Below, piece by piece: positions 48,818 through 57,699 of a stretch of DNA of 64,000 nucleotides. Under the pieces are notes generated by a model, which saw only the letters and a program-made list of their open reading frames with translations, was not told the DNA's origin and searched no databases. The stretch is from a virus, in IMG/VR virus record IMGVR_UViG_3300010938_000281, positions 1 through 64,000 of that record. The stretch is one strand, 5' to 3'. The translations under genes were made by a program, and so were the position numbers. How positions within the stretch are numbered: the stretch's first letter is position 1; each line of letters opens with the position of its first letter.

Positions 48818-49663
48818 TTATACTTCACCCAATTCCTGAGAAGGCTCTACGCTTGATACCGGTGTTTCTTGTACTTCTTGGGTTGCAGGCTTTTCAGCAT
48901 CCTCATCGTCCAAGAAATCTCCAACCTCGGTCTTACGTTCCTCTACGACAGGGTTATTATCTTTATCGACTATATTTCCTTCTTCGTCGATTAAGTTACC
49001 AAGTCTATCAATTAGGTGTCCATCAGCGTTAATTAGACGCAGCTTCTCATCAATATACTTAAACTTAGCCAAGAATTTATTTTCTATATTATCACGAAGC
49101 ATATCTTCGGTTGTGCCATATAGAAGCACTTTTAGAGCGTTCGCGGCTTCATAAGCGTATGGTTCATCCTCAGCTTTACCACGATAGTCGTCTATATCCT
49201 TAAATACACTTTTCCCATCTTCTAGGGTAGCACATCTTGATACAAGAAAATCAAAGTTAGCATTTTCTACTTCGTTTTCAAGAGTATGCTCATCCAATTC
49301 ATTTATAGCCATAAGGGCAATAAATAACAGTGTACGAGTATCTTTAAGCTCCAAAGCAATTCTCTTACCTTCAGATTTCTTAATACCGCCCTTAGTTAGA
49401 ATATCCTCCAAACGTTTAATCTTATCAGTAAGCTCTTTAATTTCAGCTTCTTCTTTATCAGACAGTCTACCCGAATCTCTTAAAATCTGTCTTACCTGTT
49501 GTCTTGTAATAAACGCGGGTTTTCCATATTCGTCCTTACGGAGCAAAATTTGGGAAGCTACAGAATTAGCGTACAACTTAGCTTCCTGATTATCTCTAGC
49601 GTTCGGCTTACGAACGTACAAAACAACCTCTACGCCTTCCTTATCCTTCGATGTTACCTTCAT
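48818..49663 (-). CDS. Putative tail assembly chaperone
   Basis: Between tail tube and TMP; acidic, helical; VRKP start. Confidence 0.45.
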   Translation of the reverse strand: MKVTSKDKEGVEVVLYVRKPNARDNQEAKLYANSVASQILLRKDEYGKPAFITRQQVRQILRDSGRLSDKEEAEIKELTDKIKRLEDILTKGGIKKSEGKRIALELKDTRTLLFIALMAINELDEHTLENEVENANFDFLVSRCATLEDGKSVFKDIDDYRGKAEDEPYAYEAANALKVLLYGTTEDMLRDNIENKFLAKFKYIDEKLRLINADGHLIDRLGNLIDEEGNIVDKDNNPVVEERKTEVGDFLDDEDAEKPATQEVQETPVSSVEPSQELGEV

Positions 49664-49970
49664 TTGTTCCCCTTGGTCTTGCTTTAACTTGCATCTGATA
49701 GCGATAGAGTCTTAGCTTAATATCGAAATGCTCGAACTCTTCTTCCATTTTACGCTTTTGTTTATTACCGGTGTCTAAAATCCTACTCCTTAGTTCCTCG
49801 TATCTATTATACCACCCTTGTTCTTCCTCAGTCTTATTTTTAGACTTATGATTCCATAATTCCCCAAGTATTTCCTCTACAGCACTTAAAGCGCCAATCA
49901 TCGTAGTCTCTACATGCTTTTGGCTTAATAACTTAAGACGATTAGCCACCTCCCTATTCTCTCTGTCCAT
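49641..49970 (-). CDS. Hypothetical protein
   Basis: 109 aa; TTMIGAL, R.RILD.GN motifs. Confidence 0.6.
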   Translation of the reverse strand: MDRENREVANRLKLLSQKHVETTMIGALSAVEEILGELWNHKSKNKTEEEQGWYNRYEELRSRILDTGNKQKRKMEEEFEHFDIKLRLYRYQMQVKARPRGTNEGNIEG

Positions 49971-49972
49971 AA

Positions 49973-51028
49973 CTACCTTCCCATTTCGTTGTTAGTTTGC
50001 ATCATCCTTAACTTCTGTCTTATATCCGGCATATCGGTATCTTTAGCAATACCCAGTCTAGCTACAGTATCCAGTCTGCTCTTAACAATTCCTCTAGCCA
50101 TCTGACTATTAAGATTGTAAATCTCTTTAGCTTCTTCCTTAGTTATTGGTTTGTGTGGGTCTTTACCACTAGCAACAACAAATATTTCCTCGGAATTTCT
50201 AGCAGCACCAAGTCTATTCTCAGCACCGTCTAATTCTTTACCCCTCTTTTTTTCATCTCTCTTAAGTATTAACCATCCATCTAAAGCATCATCACATCTT
50301 ATTATATCGTCGTCTGGACAATCGTCGTATTCTCGTATATTGTCATACATTGTACTCCAACCGACAAGTCTCTTTTGGTCATCGTTTAATGAATCGGCGG
50401 AGATATCAAATAAAGCACCGGTCTTTTTAGAAACAGACCATATATCAGACCACGGATGATTACGAGCGAGATATCTTAAAATTGTATCATCAATATAGTT
50501 ATCATTAAGATACACCATGATTGTTTTAATATCGTACTTATCCCAATCACAACGTTTATCATCTTCAAATGTTGAATTTTCTATAATATACTGTAACTTT
50601 GCAAATATCGCCAAACCCTCAGCCGTAAGATAATTATACTGAGTTTTTTTATTATAAAGGTCGCTAACTTCCTTCTTAGCTCTATTCAAGTAAAGATAGG
50701 TTTGATTAAGTTCATTCTTGTGATAAAAACAATGGTATATTTGCTTTTGGAAGTATTCGATATGTTTTGGAAGAACATCGGTAAGTTGCTTTGTATCTTC
50801 TTCTGTCCACGCCCCGATTTCTAACATTAAATCCAACAATTCATCTTCACAAATAACCTCGTTTTCTATCGCTTTTTTATATGTATCAACATATACTATC
50901 TGAGATTCGTATAAGCATTTTTTTGTAGGAGAGCGTATCTCTAAGTTATTGTATTTTAGGTATCCGTTTATAATCCTATAAACAAAAAGCTCCCTAGTAT
51001 AACTAGGAATAGAAAATTCTTTATACAT
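49973..51028 (-). CDS. Hypothetical protein (possible second tail assembly chaperone)
   Basis: 351 aa; YDN..E..DCPDD.II..DD.LDGW motif; tail operon. Confidence 0.5.
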   Translation of the reverse strand: MYKEFSIPSYTRELFVYRIINGYLKYNNLEIRSPTKKCLYESQIVYVDTYKKAIENEVICEDELLDLMLEIGAWTEEDTKQLTDVLPKHIEYFQKQIYHCFYHKNELNQTYLYLNRAKKEVSDLYNKKTQYNYLTAEGLAIFAKLQYIIENSTFEDDKRCDWDKYDIKTIMVYLNDNYIDDTILRYLARNHPWSDIWSVSKKTGALFDISADSLNDDQKRLVGWSTMYDNIREYDDCPDDDIIRCDDALDGWLILKRDEKKRGKELDGAENRLGAARNSEEIFVVASGKDPHKPITKEEAKEIYNLNSQMARGIVKSRLDTVARLGIAKDTDMPDIRQKLRMMQTNNEMGR

Positions 51029-51057
51029 ATTAATATTTTTTATCTTATATTTTGTAT

Positions 51058-51556
51058 CTATAGATAAAATTTATTGTACTTGCGAGATAAACAAAAGCCT
51101 TTATTATAAATAATATCTATAAAACAATCTAAATCACACTTTCTTCTAACACACCAATAACAAAAATCGAAACCACCTACATTGTATTTTTTAGAGTTTA
51201 CTATTCTACCAAAACCGAAAAATTATTAATCTGTGTGACTATTTTCCAGCTTTTTTAACATATACTACACTCAAAATCATTCCTATTTTTCCTAGTATAT
51301 ACGCATCCGTCACCATCAAAATATCCACGTATAAAGTCCGGCTTCCAAATATCCGGCACAAACCCCATTGTTTCATGCCTGGTTTTGCGCGGAATAACTC
51401 CAAAAGAAACTAATCTATCTATCATATATTTAGAAGAATATGACACCCTAATCATATTTTTATCATGATATCCAATATGAGCATCGTTACATAGAAAACT
51501 ATACAGTATTGTATAGATTGTTCCGTCTTCTTTAATCTATCCGCTATACCCTTATA
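51058..51556 (-). pseudogene. Degraded LAGLIDADG homing endonuclease
   Basis: DFIRGYFDGDGCV in a 66-aa fragment; C-terminal LSRKYNK in another frame; boundaries approximate. Confidence 0.75.
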
Positions 51557-51568
51557 ATTCCCTTATAA

Positions 51569-51578
51569 TATACTACAC
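51569..51578 (-). promoter_or_regulatory. Putative late promoter motif GTGTAGTATA
   Basis: Just downstream of the tail-tube terminator. Confidence 0.45.
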
Positions 51579-51590
51579 CTGTGAACGAAA

Positions 51591-51621
51591 ATAATAAAAT
51601 TCCCGGCTGTTATGCCGGGAA
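51591..51621 (-). terminator. Intrinsic terminator after tail tube gene
   Basis: TTCCCGGC-ATAACA-GCCGGGAA then TTTTATTATTTT. Confidence 0.85.
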
Positions 51622-51644
51622 CTAATATTCCTAAAACACAGGCG

Positions 51645-52748
51645 TTAGATACGAATACCTGCCGTTGGGTCTTGTGGATGAGTTACACTAAAGTCGTTAT
51701 TTGTAACGAATGTATATGTAACTGTCATATTACCACCACCAGTATCACCACCGCCGATAGAGATATTAGATAGACGGTTCTTAGTACCAAGGTCTATGAA
51801 CATACCATCTTGAGTAGCAATCTTAATAGTAGCTTGACGTGTGTTGTGGAAGTTACTATAAACACCGGCTTCGGTTGCGGATACATAATCACCAGACTTA
51901 GCGATAATTTCAATATCTGTACTTACCTGTACAGGTACAGTCATATATCTGTAGTAAGGAGCGTAGTGACCAAGCTCGAAGATGGCTTCACGCCCAAGGT
52001 CAACACTTGTGCTAATATTCTGAATAGAACATACACGATTTGAACCACCAGGAATAAGCTCGTTCAAACCGGAAGCGCTAATACCAGCAACGTCGGGTGG
52101 TAGAATTGTCAACTTATTAGACGTTGTAGCGTTAACTTGACCGTTTTCATCACGGGTTGTTGGCATTGTAACGCCGGTAATAGGCTCAAACAACATATTC
52201 TGACGACGTTGAATACCACCAGAATCATATGTTAGAGCTAGAGGCCGGTCTGTATTATCAAAACCGCCAGAGAATGTGGCTAGGTTTGTTGTCTTCCATA
52301 GCTTATAGTTACCTACTAAACCAACATTTTCAGAAAACTTACCGTCGGCAGGAAACTGATAACCAACAGACGATACATACATACCAGAAAAGTCAACTTG
52401 AGCTGTTACAGCACCAGATGCCGAATCGTTAGTATCTGGGAACAAGCTCAATGCAACATTGGTACGTTGGTTAGAGCGTCCAAATAGAGTAGCAGAAGGC
52501 GCGCCGTTAGTAGCTAAATGATAAAGCAAAGGATAACCATCCAACAGCTTTTCCATCTGTACTTCGATGTTTGGAATATTTTCTAGGTTCTCGTAAATAC
52601 GAGACTGTCCTAACTCGAACACAGGGTCCAAATTAAACGCGGTTGTAACACCTACGTTTTGAACACCGTGAGCAGCGGTATAAGTCTGTGAGCCTAACTG
52701 TGCAAAACCGACAGCTTCTACAGCCCACCATATTCTTTGTTGTGGCAT
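51645..52748 (-). CDS. Major tail (tube) protein
   Basis: HGVQNVGVTT.FNLD.VFELGQ..IYEN and LGRE.IFELG...PY.R; own promoter motif, SD and terminator. Confidence 0.7.
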   Translation of the reverse strand: MPQQRIWWAVEAVGFAQLGSQTYTAAHGVQNVGVTTAFNLDPVFELGQSRIYENLENIPNIEVQMEKLLDGYPLLYHLATNGAPSATLFGRSNQRTNVALSLFPDTNDSASGAVTAQVDFSGMYVSSVGYQFPADGKFSENVGLVGNYKLWKTTNLATFSGGFDNTDRPLALTYDSGGIQRRQNMLFEPITGVTMPTTRDENGQVNATTSNKLTILPPDVAGISASGLNELIPGGSNRVCSIQNISTSVDLGREAIFELGHYAPYYRYMTVPVQVSTDIEIIAKSGDYVSATEAGVYSNFHNTRQATIKIATQDGMFIDLGTKNRLSNISIGGGDTGGGNMTVTYTFVTNNDFSVTHPQDPTAGIRI

Positions 52749-52778
52749 TAAATTTCTCCTAAATGAAATCTCTCATTA

Positions 52779-52788
52779 GTTTATACAC
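52779..52788 (-). promoter_or_regulatory. Putative late promoter motif GTGTATAAAC
   Basis: In the 46-nt intergenic gap upstream of the tail tube gene. Confidence 0.6.
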
Positions 52789-52794
52789 TTAAAA

Positions 52795-53742
52795 CTATAC
52801 TACCGCGATAGTTTCGGTCGTAAATTTTACGACACCGTGATATAGCTCTCTAGTAATATTCTTAGCTCCTATAACTACAACGTCATCAAACCTAAGCTGT
52901 GCATGTCTATAGTTCCCATTTATCAAATCGGCATAAGTCTTTGGATTGCTTGACTTTGCACCCCTATAATCTAAAGGAAACGCTCCACTAGCAACCATAA
53001 GGTCCATATCAATTCTATAAATAGTCTTCTCTTTTTGTAAAGATATAAGGCTTAATAGTTTAGATACTGTACTATCATCATAATCAAATATATGAAATAG
53101 CATATCTGTATAGACGTAACTTGCTCCAGTGCCTAAAGATACGGGTTTATATTTAGTATTTTCTGATAATTCTATCTGAACTAAAGGTGTTTGTCTGCGT
53201 AACAGAGTTGACCACTCTCCAGATTGAGCAGAGTCATATCCGGGTTGAAAAGTGTAAGGGTTTGTTTGTAATTCTGGCGGTTCTGGAAACATACTTAACT
53301 TATCAAATGTTACTGTCTTATAAGAATACTCCATCTTTACATTAGATGTTGTTGGTATAGCAGAATCAAATATTACCCGGCCTTTGTTGTAGTCTACATA
53401 GTGTTGATAACTAGAAGTGGTAGGTGTCTTAAATGAACCATTAACATAAACACCGGAAATACTAATAGGTTGTGTATTTGTAGCTAATCCAGATTCCCAG
53501 ACTAAATTATGTCTAAATGTTTCCCAAACCTGACCATCGGAATAGTTTGGGTCCGACACCATACGCAAAGTAGCGTGGTTGTTACTATTTATATCTGTGT
53601 GACCTAATAGTACGTTACTAAAAGCCCCCTTGTTTATAAATCCCCAATCAAAAAACATTATAACACTTTGTAACGATTCGGAAGATATATCAACGTCATT
53701 AAAAGAGTTAAATCCCTTTAATGATGTATATGGTGTTGTCAT
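52795..53742 (-). CDS. Putative tail terminator/completion protein
   Basis: Synteny; VDY..GRVIF insert; P.VQIE.....LG terminator-like pattern. Confidence 0.5.
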   Translation of the reverse strand: MTTPYTSLKGFNSFNDVDISSESLQSVIMFFDWGFINKGAFSNVLLGHTDINSNNHATLRMVSDPNYSDGQVWETFRHNLVWESGLATNTQPISISGVYVNGSFKTPTTSSYQHYVDYNKGRVIFDSAIPTTSNVKMEYSYKTVTFDKLSMFPEPPELQTNPYTFQPGYDSAQSGEWSTLLRRQTPLVQIELSENTKYKPVSLGTGASYVYTDMLFHIFDYDDSTVSKLLSLISLQKEKTIYRIDMDLMVASGAFPLDYRGAKSSNPKTYADLINGNYRHAQLRFDDVVVIGAKNITRELYHGVVKFTTETIAVV

Positions 53743-54380
53743 AGCGCCTTCCTTATAGCTTTCTCTACTATAATTTCTAAGTCTTGTATATAGGCTTGTA
53801 CCGTTCTAGTAATCCAGTTATTATCTGCAACACCTGAGAATTGTGGTGGTACACGCCAATATTTTGCATTATTAAAAACCATAATACCACCGCCACTACG
53901 AGACGTAGGAAAACTTCCGGGTAGAAAATAATAGTCAGCTATAATTAGCTTATCGCCTTCTAGTAACAACCAGTCTAACCAATGTAATCTTTGTCCTGCG
54001 TTGGTAACTGTAAACCCTTCGTCCATAGATAATATATCGGCAAAGTCCGCCCTAAAGGCAAATATTCTAAATCCACCCTCTATTGTGTTACCACGCAATT
54101 TAAGCTGCGAAAAATTAACCCGTGTACTTTGTGCAAGAGTTGTTATTATAGCTTTAAGTTTAGATTTAGCTTCTCCTGGCCTTATACCAAACTGCGCTTG
54201 CAATATACCGCTTTGAATACTCTTATATTCTGCCGATAGGTCAAAAATATCTCCAATAGTAGTTTTAAGCTCGTTTTCGATACTAATAGCTATAGGAGGA
54301 AGTATCTTGTTACCGACTCTAACTATCTCTTGCATCACCATCTTATTTATTTCGGACAGTGGCGTTATTATTCTAGTCAT
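53739..54380 (-). CDS. Putative neck/tail completion protein
   Basis: Synteny; L.WL.WLL.EG, SRSG, DNNWITR. Confidence 0.5.
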   Translation of the reverse strand: MTRIITPLSEINKMVMQEIVRVGNKILPPIAISIENELKTTIGDIFDLSAEYKSIQSGILQAQFGIRPGEAKSKLKAIITTLAQSTRVNFSQLKLRGNTIEGGFRIFAFRADFADILSMDEGFTVTNAGQRLHWLDWLLLEGDKLIIADYYFLPGSFPTSRSGGGIMVFNNAKYWRVPPQFSGVADNNWITRTVQAYIQDLEIIVEKAIRKAL

Positions 54381-54874
54381 ATTCTATGCCATATAGCAGC
54401 AAATTCTTTGCTCTCTCCGATACCGAAAGGAACGGGTTCGCCGTCCAAAATATAAGTATACTGTTTGTAAGGAACAATATCGGTATTAAATACAACCGAT
54501 ACAGCTCGCATAACTTTAGATATATCCTCTATATTTCCTATACTCATAACATGCCCGTCGGCCACGGTTATAAACGTAGGAAATTTAGCAAAAGACCTCT
54601 TATCAAAATATACGCGCATCTTAATAGATTCTGTTTCCGCAGTATTTAGATATCCAATACCATTACAATACGGACATAATCCGGTAGCAAAAGGTATAGG
54701 GCCGCTGGAGGTATATTGATTCGACGACTTTTTATTAAGGGGGTCGAAGATACAATTCGGGCAGTCGGAACGCTTTTCTGGATAAGTAAGCAAACAGTTC
54801 ACGCCGAAATTAAGATTATTCATATCTCTTACGGTCTGATTGTATAAATCATATACTTCTTGTGGAATAATCAT
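54377..54874 (-). CDS. Putative head closure protein with zinc-finger insert
   Basis: CPNC...CPYC.G.G; synteny after adaptor. Confidence 0.55.
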   Translation of the reverse strand: MIIPQEVYDLYNQTVRDMNNLNFGVNCLLTYPEKRSDCPNCIFDPLNKKSSNQYTSSGPIPFATGLCPYCNGIGYLNTAETESIKMRVYFDKRSFAKFPTFITVADGHVMSIGNIEDISKVMRAVSVVFNTDIVPYKQYTYILDGEPVPFGIGESKEFAAIWHRI

Positions 54875-54882
54875 ATTTTACC

Positions 54883-55137
54883 TTATAATAGGTTAGTACG
54901 AATATCGCGAGGAGTACCGTAAAAGTTACCAGAGTGAGCGGTAAAGTAATATCCTGGGTCGTCAAATCTAATCCAATATGGACTAGGAGTAACATTACCA
55001 TTATAGCCGGATGGCGCACAAAATTTATTTATACCGTCAATTCTATCTTTAATAGTACCAGAACCAACAGGTGTTACGAATGTAACTACGCATGAGTTCT
55101 TAATAGGTCTCCCTGAGTCAGCAATAAAAATGTCCAT
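54883..55137 (-). CDS. Small hypothetical virion protein
   Basis: 84 aa, SD GAGAGG, four SG dipeptides. Confidence 0.55.
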   Translation of the reverse strand: MDIFIADSGRPIKNSCVVTFVTPVGSGTIKDRIDGINKFCAPSGYNGNVTPSPYWIRFDDPGYYFTAHSGNFYGTPRDIRTNLL

Positions 55138-55149
55138 TTATACCTCTCG

Positions 55150-55629
55150 TTATTGAAATCTTGTCATTGGATATAGTCTACTTACAGTATATGGAGTTAG
55201 AATCGCTACGCCAGCATCACCCATCTGATGAAGCATCTTTGTTTTTGCATACTGGTCAGCAATTATTTTAGCAGCCTCTTTAACAAAGTTTGCCCTACTT
55301 GTAGTATCTATAGACGAAGGTCCGTCTTGAACTTTAAGACTACTCATAGCATAATATTTAACTTCACTATCTAATAGTATATTTGCAGCGCGTAAACTTA
55401 ATAATGTAACAAATACATCATCTCTAGTAGCTTGACTTGTTGGGTCTGGACTAATTGTAGCATTTCTAACATCAACAGAATAAGCATAGTCAAAACTTAG
55501 TTCGTTAACCACATAAGCTGCGGCAACAACTAAGATTCTACTAAGTCTTGTATCTGTATATGTTGGGGTGTCGGACATATCTCCGATTAACACCCTAAGT
55601 ATTTCTATTGGTGTAGCTAACCAATTCAT
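55150..55629 (-). CDS. Head-tail adaptor-like protein
   Basis: LRVLIGD....YTD..L; helical; DGPSSID; synteny. Confidence 0.6.
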   Translation of the reverse strand: MNWLATPIEILRVLIGDMSDTPTYTDTRLSRILVVAAAYVVNELSFDYAYSVDVRNATISPDPTSQATRDDVFVTLLSLRAANILLDSEVKYYAMSSLKVQDGPSSIDTTSRANFVKEAAKIIADQYAKTKMLHQMGDAGVAILTPYTVSRLYPMTRFQ

Positions 55630-55633
55630 TATT

Positions 55634-55939
55634 TTATCCTAAATTACCATATACATAGAATTGTTTAACATCTGTATAATACTGTTTTGAATTATTATAA
55701 ACCCAGCCCTGTTGACGCCATAACCCATAGGTATTTAGGTCGCCGCTTACGGTTGTATATTGTAATGTTCCACCAGTACCATTATTAACTAGAGTACCAC
55801 TACAATAGAACGATGTATTGTCCGGTCTATTTAATATCATATATGACATATAGCCCGATATATTTATAGCAGTGCCGTTAATATCTTGTAGGGTTGCGGT
55901 TAAAACCGTACCTATATCACCTACATGAATTTCTGACAT
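55634..55939 (-). CDS. BppU_N-like small beta-sandwich virion protein
   Basis: HVGDIG, INISG, RPD, G.LQY....GDL...G.W..Q; ATG 55939 with GGGAG SD. Confidence 0.6.
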   Translation of the reverse strand: MSEIHVGDIGTVLTATLQDINGTAINISGYMSYMILNRPDNTSFYCSGTLVNNGTGGTLQYTTVSGDLNTYGLWRQQGWVYNNSKQYYTDVKQFYVYGNLG

Positions 55940-55969
55940 ATAATCTCCCAAATATTTAACCTCTCACCC

Positions 55970-55979
55970 TATAATACAC
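55970..55979 (-). promoter_or_regulatory. Putative late promoter motif GTGTATTATA
   Basis: Downstream of capsid terminators, upstream of neck genes. Confidence 0.6.
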
Positions 55980-55995
55980 CACAGAAGTATAAATA

Positions 55996-56037
55996 CAAAC
56001 AAAAACCCCGACATATCGCAAAATAACATATCGGGGT
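55996..56037 (-). terminator. Second terminator-like hairpin after capsid gene
   Basis: ACCCCGATATG...TATGTCGGGGT then TTTTGTTTG. Confidence 0.65.
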
Positions 56038-56104
56038 CTGTAGAGAATAGGTATAACGAGAATCTTAATGAGCGTTGACCTAACCTCTTAAATTCCAACC
56101 ACTT

Positions 56105-56136
56105 AAAAAAGAAGCGGGCTGTTAAGCCCGCCTCTA
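56105..56136 (-). terminator. Intrinsic terminator after major capsid gene
   Basis: GAGGCGGGC-TTAACA-GCCCGCTTC then TTTTTT. Confidence 0.88.
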
Positions 56137-56153
56137 GTATTATCCGGCTACTA

Positions 56154-57170
56154 TTAGTAGCTACCAGCTAGAACACGACGACCATCAAGTACGGCAAAAC
56201 CGAACTCTCCGCGACCGTAGTATCCATCTTCACCACGACGGTGTAGGTTCACTGTGTCAGGGAATACACGAATTTCTTCGCGTACCGGCATAATAAAGCT
56301 ATCACGATTCTTCATATCTACACCAACCACAAGCTCAACGTCACTTGCTTCCAAGTTACCACCCAACTTGTTTGTGTAGAAGTTCTGATATTCCTGACCA
56401 TCACCAAATTCACGTAGGGCGTGCATATTAACACCGAATACGCGGGTAATAGCAGGACCATCATCTGCCGACACATAAATTTCTCTACGTGTTACGTCAT
56501 CTACTTGGTCAAGACCCCAACTACGAACGTCTTCAATCGACTCTGGAGATAGGAACATGTCTGTTAGAGCAGACTGACGAATAGACGCTGTGTTACCACC
56601 ACCGTTACGAACCATAACGGTCTTCATAAGAGAAACAAGTCTCTTTGTAAACTGTCCGGCTGTAGCATCTGCATCATAGACGCTGATGTTACGGTCGTAA
56701 GCGGCAGTTAGAATAACGTGCCATCCATCGTCGTTAATCTTTTTAACAAAACCAGCTTCCAAAATCTCAATAGCACGAGCTATTACAGGCCAGTTTGCAT
56801 CACGGGCGAAACGCAAGTTCCATTGAATAGAATTGCTGATTTCGTAAGTAGGAATAGTAACATAGTCACCTTCTACCTTACGCTCACCAATCTTACCAAC
56901 ACCGGGACTTGTGTAAGCTACGAATTCATCTTCACGACCCGGAGACAAAATGTCCAGAGGCCATTCAATCTGTCCAGCGCCTTGAGGAACAGCTTGGAAA
57001 ATGTTGCGAACAACATCGCCAAACAATACACCCTTACGCAAAGGTGTCTCAATAGCTTTGGCAAGCTGATATTGAGCCTTGAAACGTACTTCAGGATTGT
57101 CGTCCGCTGTACCACGAATCAAAGTTAAAAGTTCTTGTGGTGGATTCCACAGATTGTCACGATAATCCAT
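56154..57170 (-). CDS. Major capsid protein (HK97 fold inferred)
   Basis: 338 aa after protease/scaffold and decoration genes; strong SD AAGGAG; terminator; G.YG..E.GFAVLD C-terminus. Confidence 0.8.
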   Translation of the reverse strand: MDYRDNLWNPPQELLTLIRGTADDNPEVRFKAQYQLAKAIETPLRKGVLFGDVVRNIFQAVPQGAGQIEWPLDILSPGREDEFVAYTSPGVGKIGERKVEGDYVTIPTYEISNSIQWNLRFARDANWPVIARAIEILEAGFVKKINDDGWHVILTAAYDRNISVYDADATAGQFTKRLVSLMKTVMVRNGGGNTASIRQSALTDMFLSPESIEDVRSWGLDQVDDVTRREIYVSADDGPAITRVFGVNMHALREFGDGQEYQNFYTNKLGGNLEASDVELVVGVDMKNRDSFIMPVREEIRVFPDTVNLHRRGEDGYYGRGEFGFAVLDGRRVLAGSY

Positions 57171-57191
57171 TTATATGTCTCCTTTATTATA

Positions 57192-57675
57192 TTATAGACG
57201 TGGTGTCGCCATTGGTAAATCGAACATGACCTTGGCGTAGCCATCAGCGTCTTTGCCTGATAGGAATACACCTACGATTGGGGTAGCACTTGCGTTAACA
57301 TCTGTAGGTGTCAAGTAACCCGACAACGACAGATAGGCGGCCTTATTAGCAGCAGGGGTTGTTCCTGGCATAATAAAGTTTGTAACAACTGTACCTTTAG
57401 TCCACAATAGAACCTTAGAACCTTGCTGCACTTCATCTTTGAAGTAATTCAAGTGTGTCTGAGTTAGGTCTTTGTTGACCATATCTTGCATCAAGCAACC
57501 TATTGGTAGCTTACCTGATGGGTTAGCGGCGTATGTAACCAAAGCTTCACCCTGGTCCATAGCCTGACCGCTACCGACAGTTGAGAGACTTACGAATCCG
57601 CCGCGTTTCAGCAGTTTCGTTCATAAAGAAACTCATGTCGTCAGCAACCATATATCTTTCTGGTTTTAGAGCCAT
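57192..57675 (-). CDS. Putative capsid decoration/cement protein, frameshifted near 57606
   Basis: ATG 57675 with AGGAG SD gives MALKPERY...FFMNETAE; removing one A in GAAACGC joins ERGGFVSLSTVGSGQAMDQG...KDADGYAKV. Confidence 0.65.
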
Positions 57676-57699
57676 TCTGGTTAATCTCCTGTGTTTCTA

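Noticed and set aside
48818-51028. Lambda G/GT-type tail chaperone frameshift
   Set aside because: No convincing slippery heptamer at the ORF ends; each ORF has its own start
55980-56150. tRNA or structured ncRNA after the capsid gene
   Set aside because: Only two terminator-like hairpins; no cloverleaf or T-loop motif recognised; no tRNA noticed anywhere in the window
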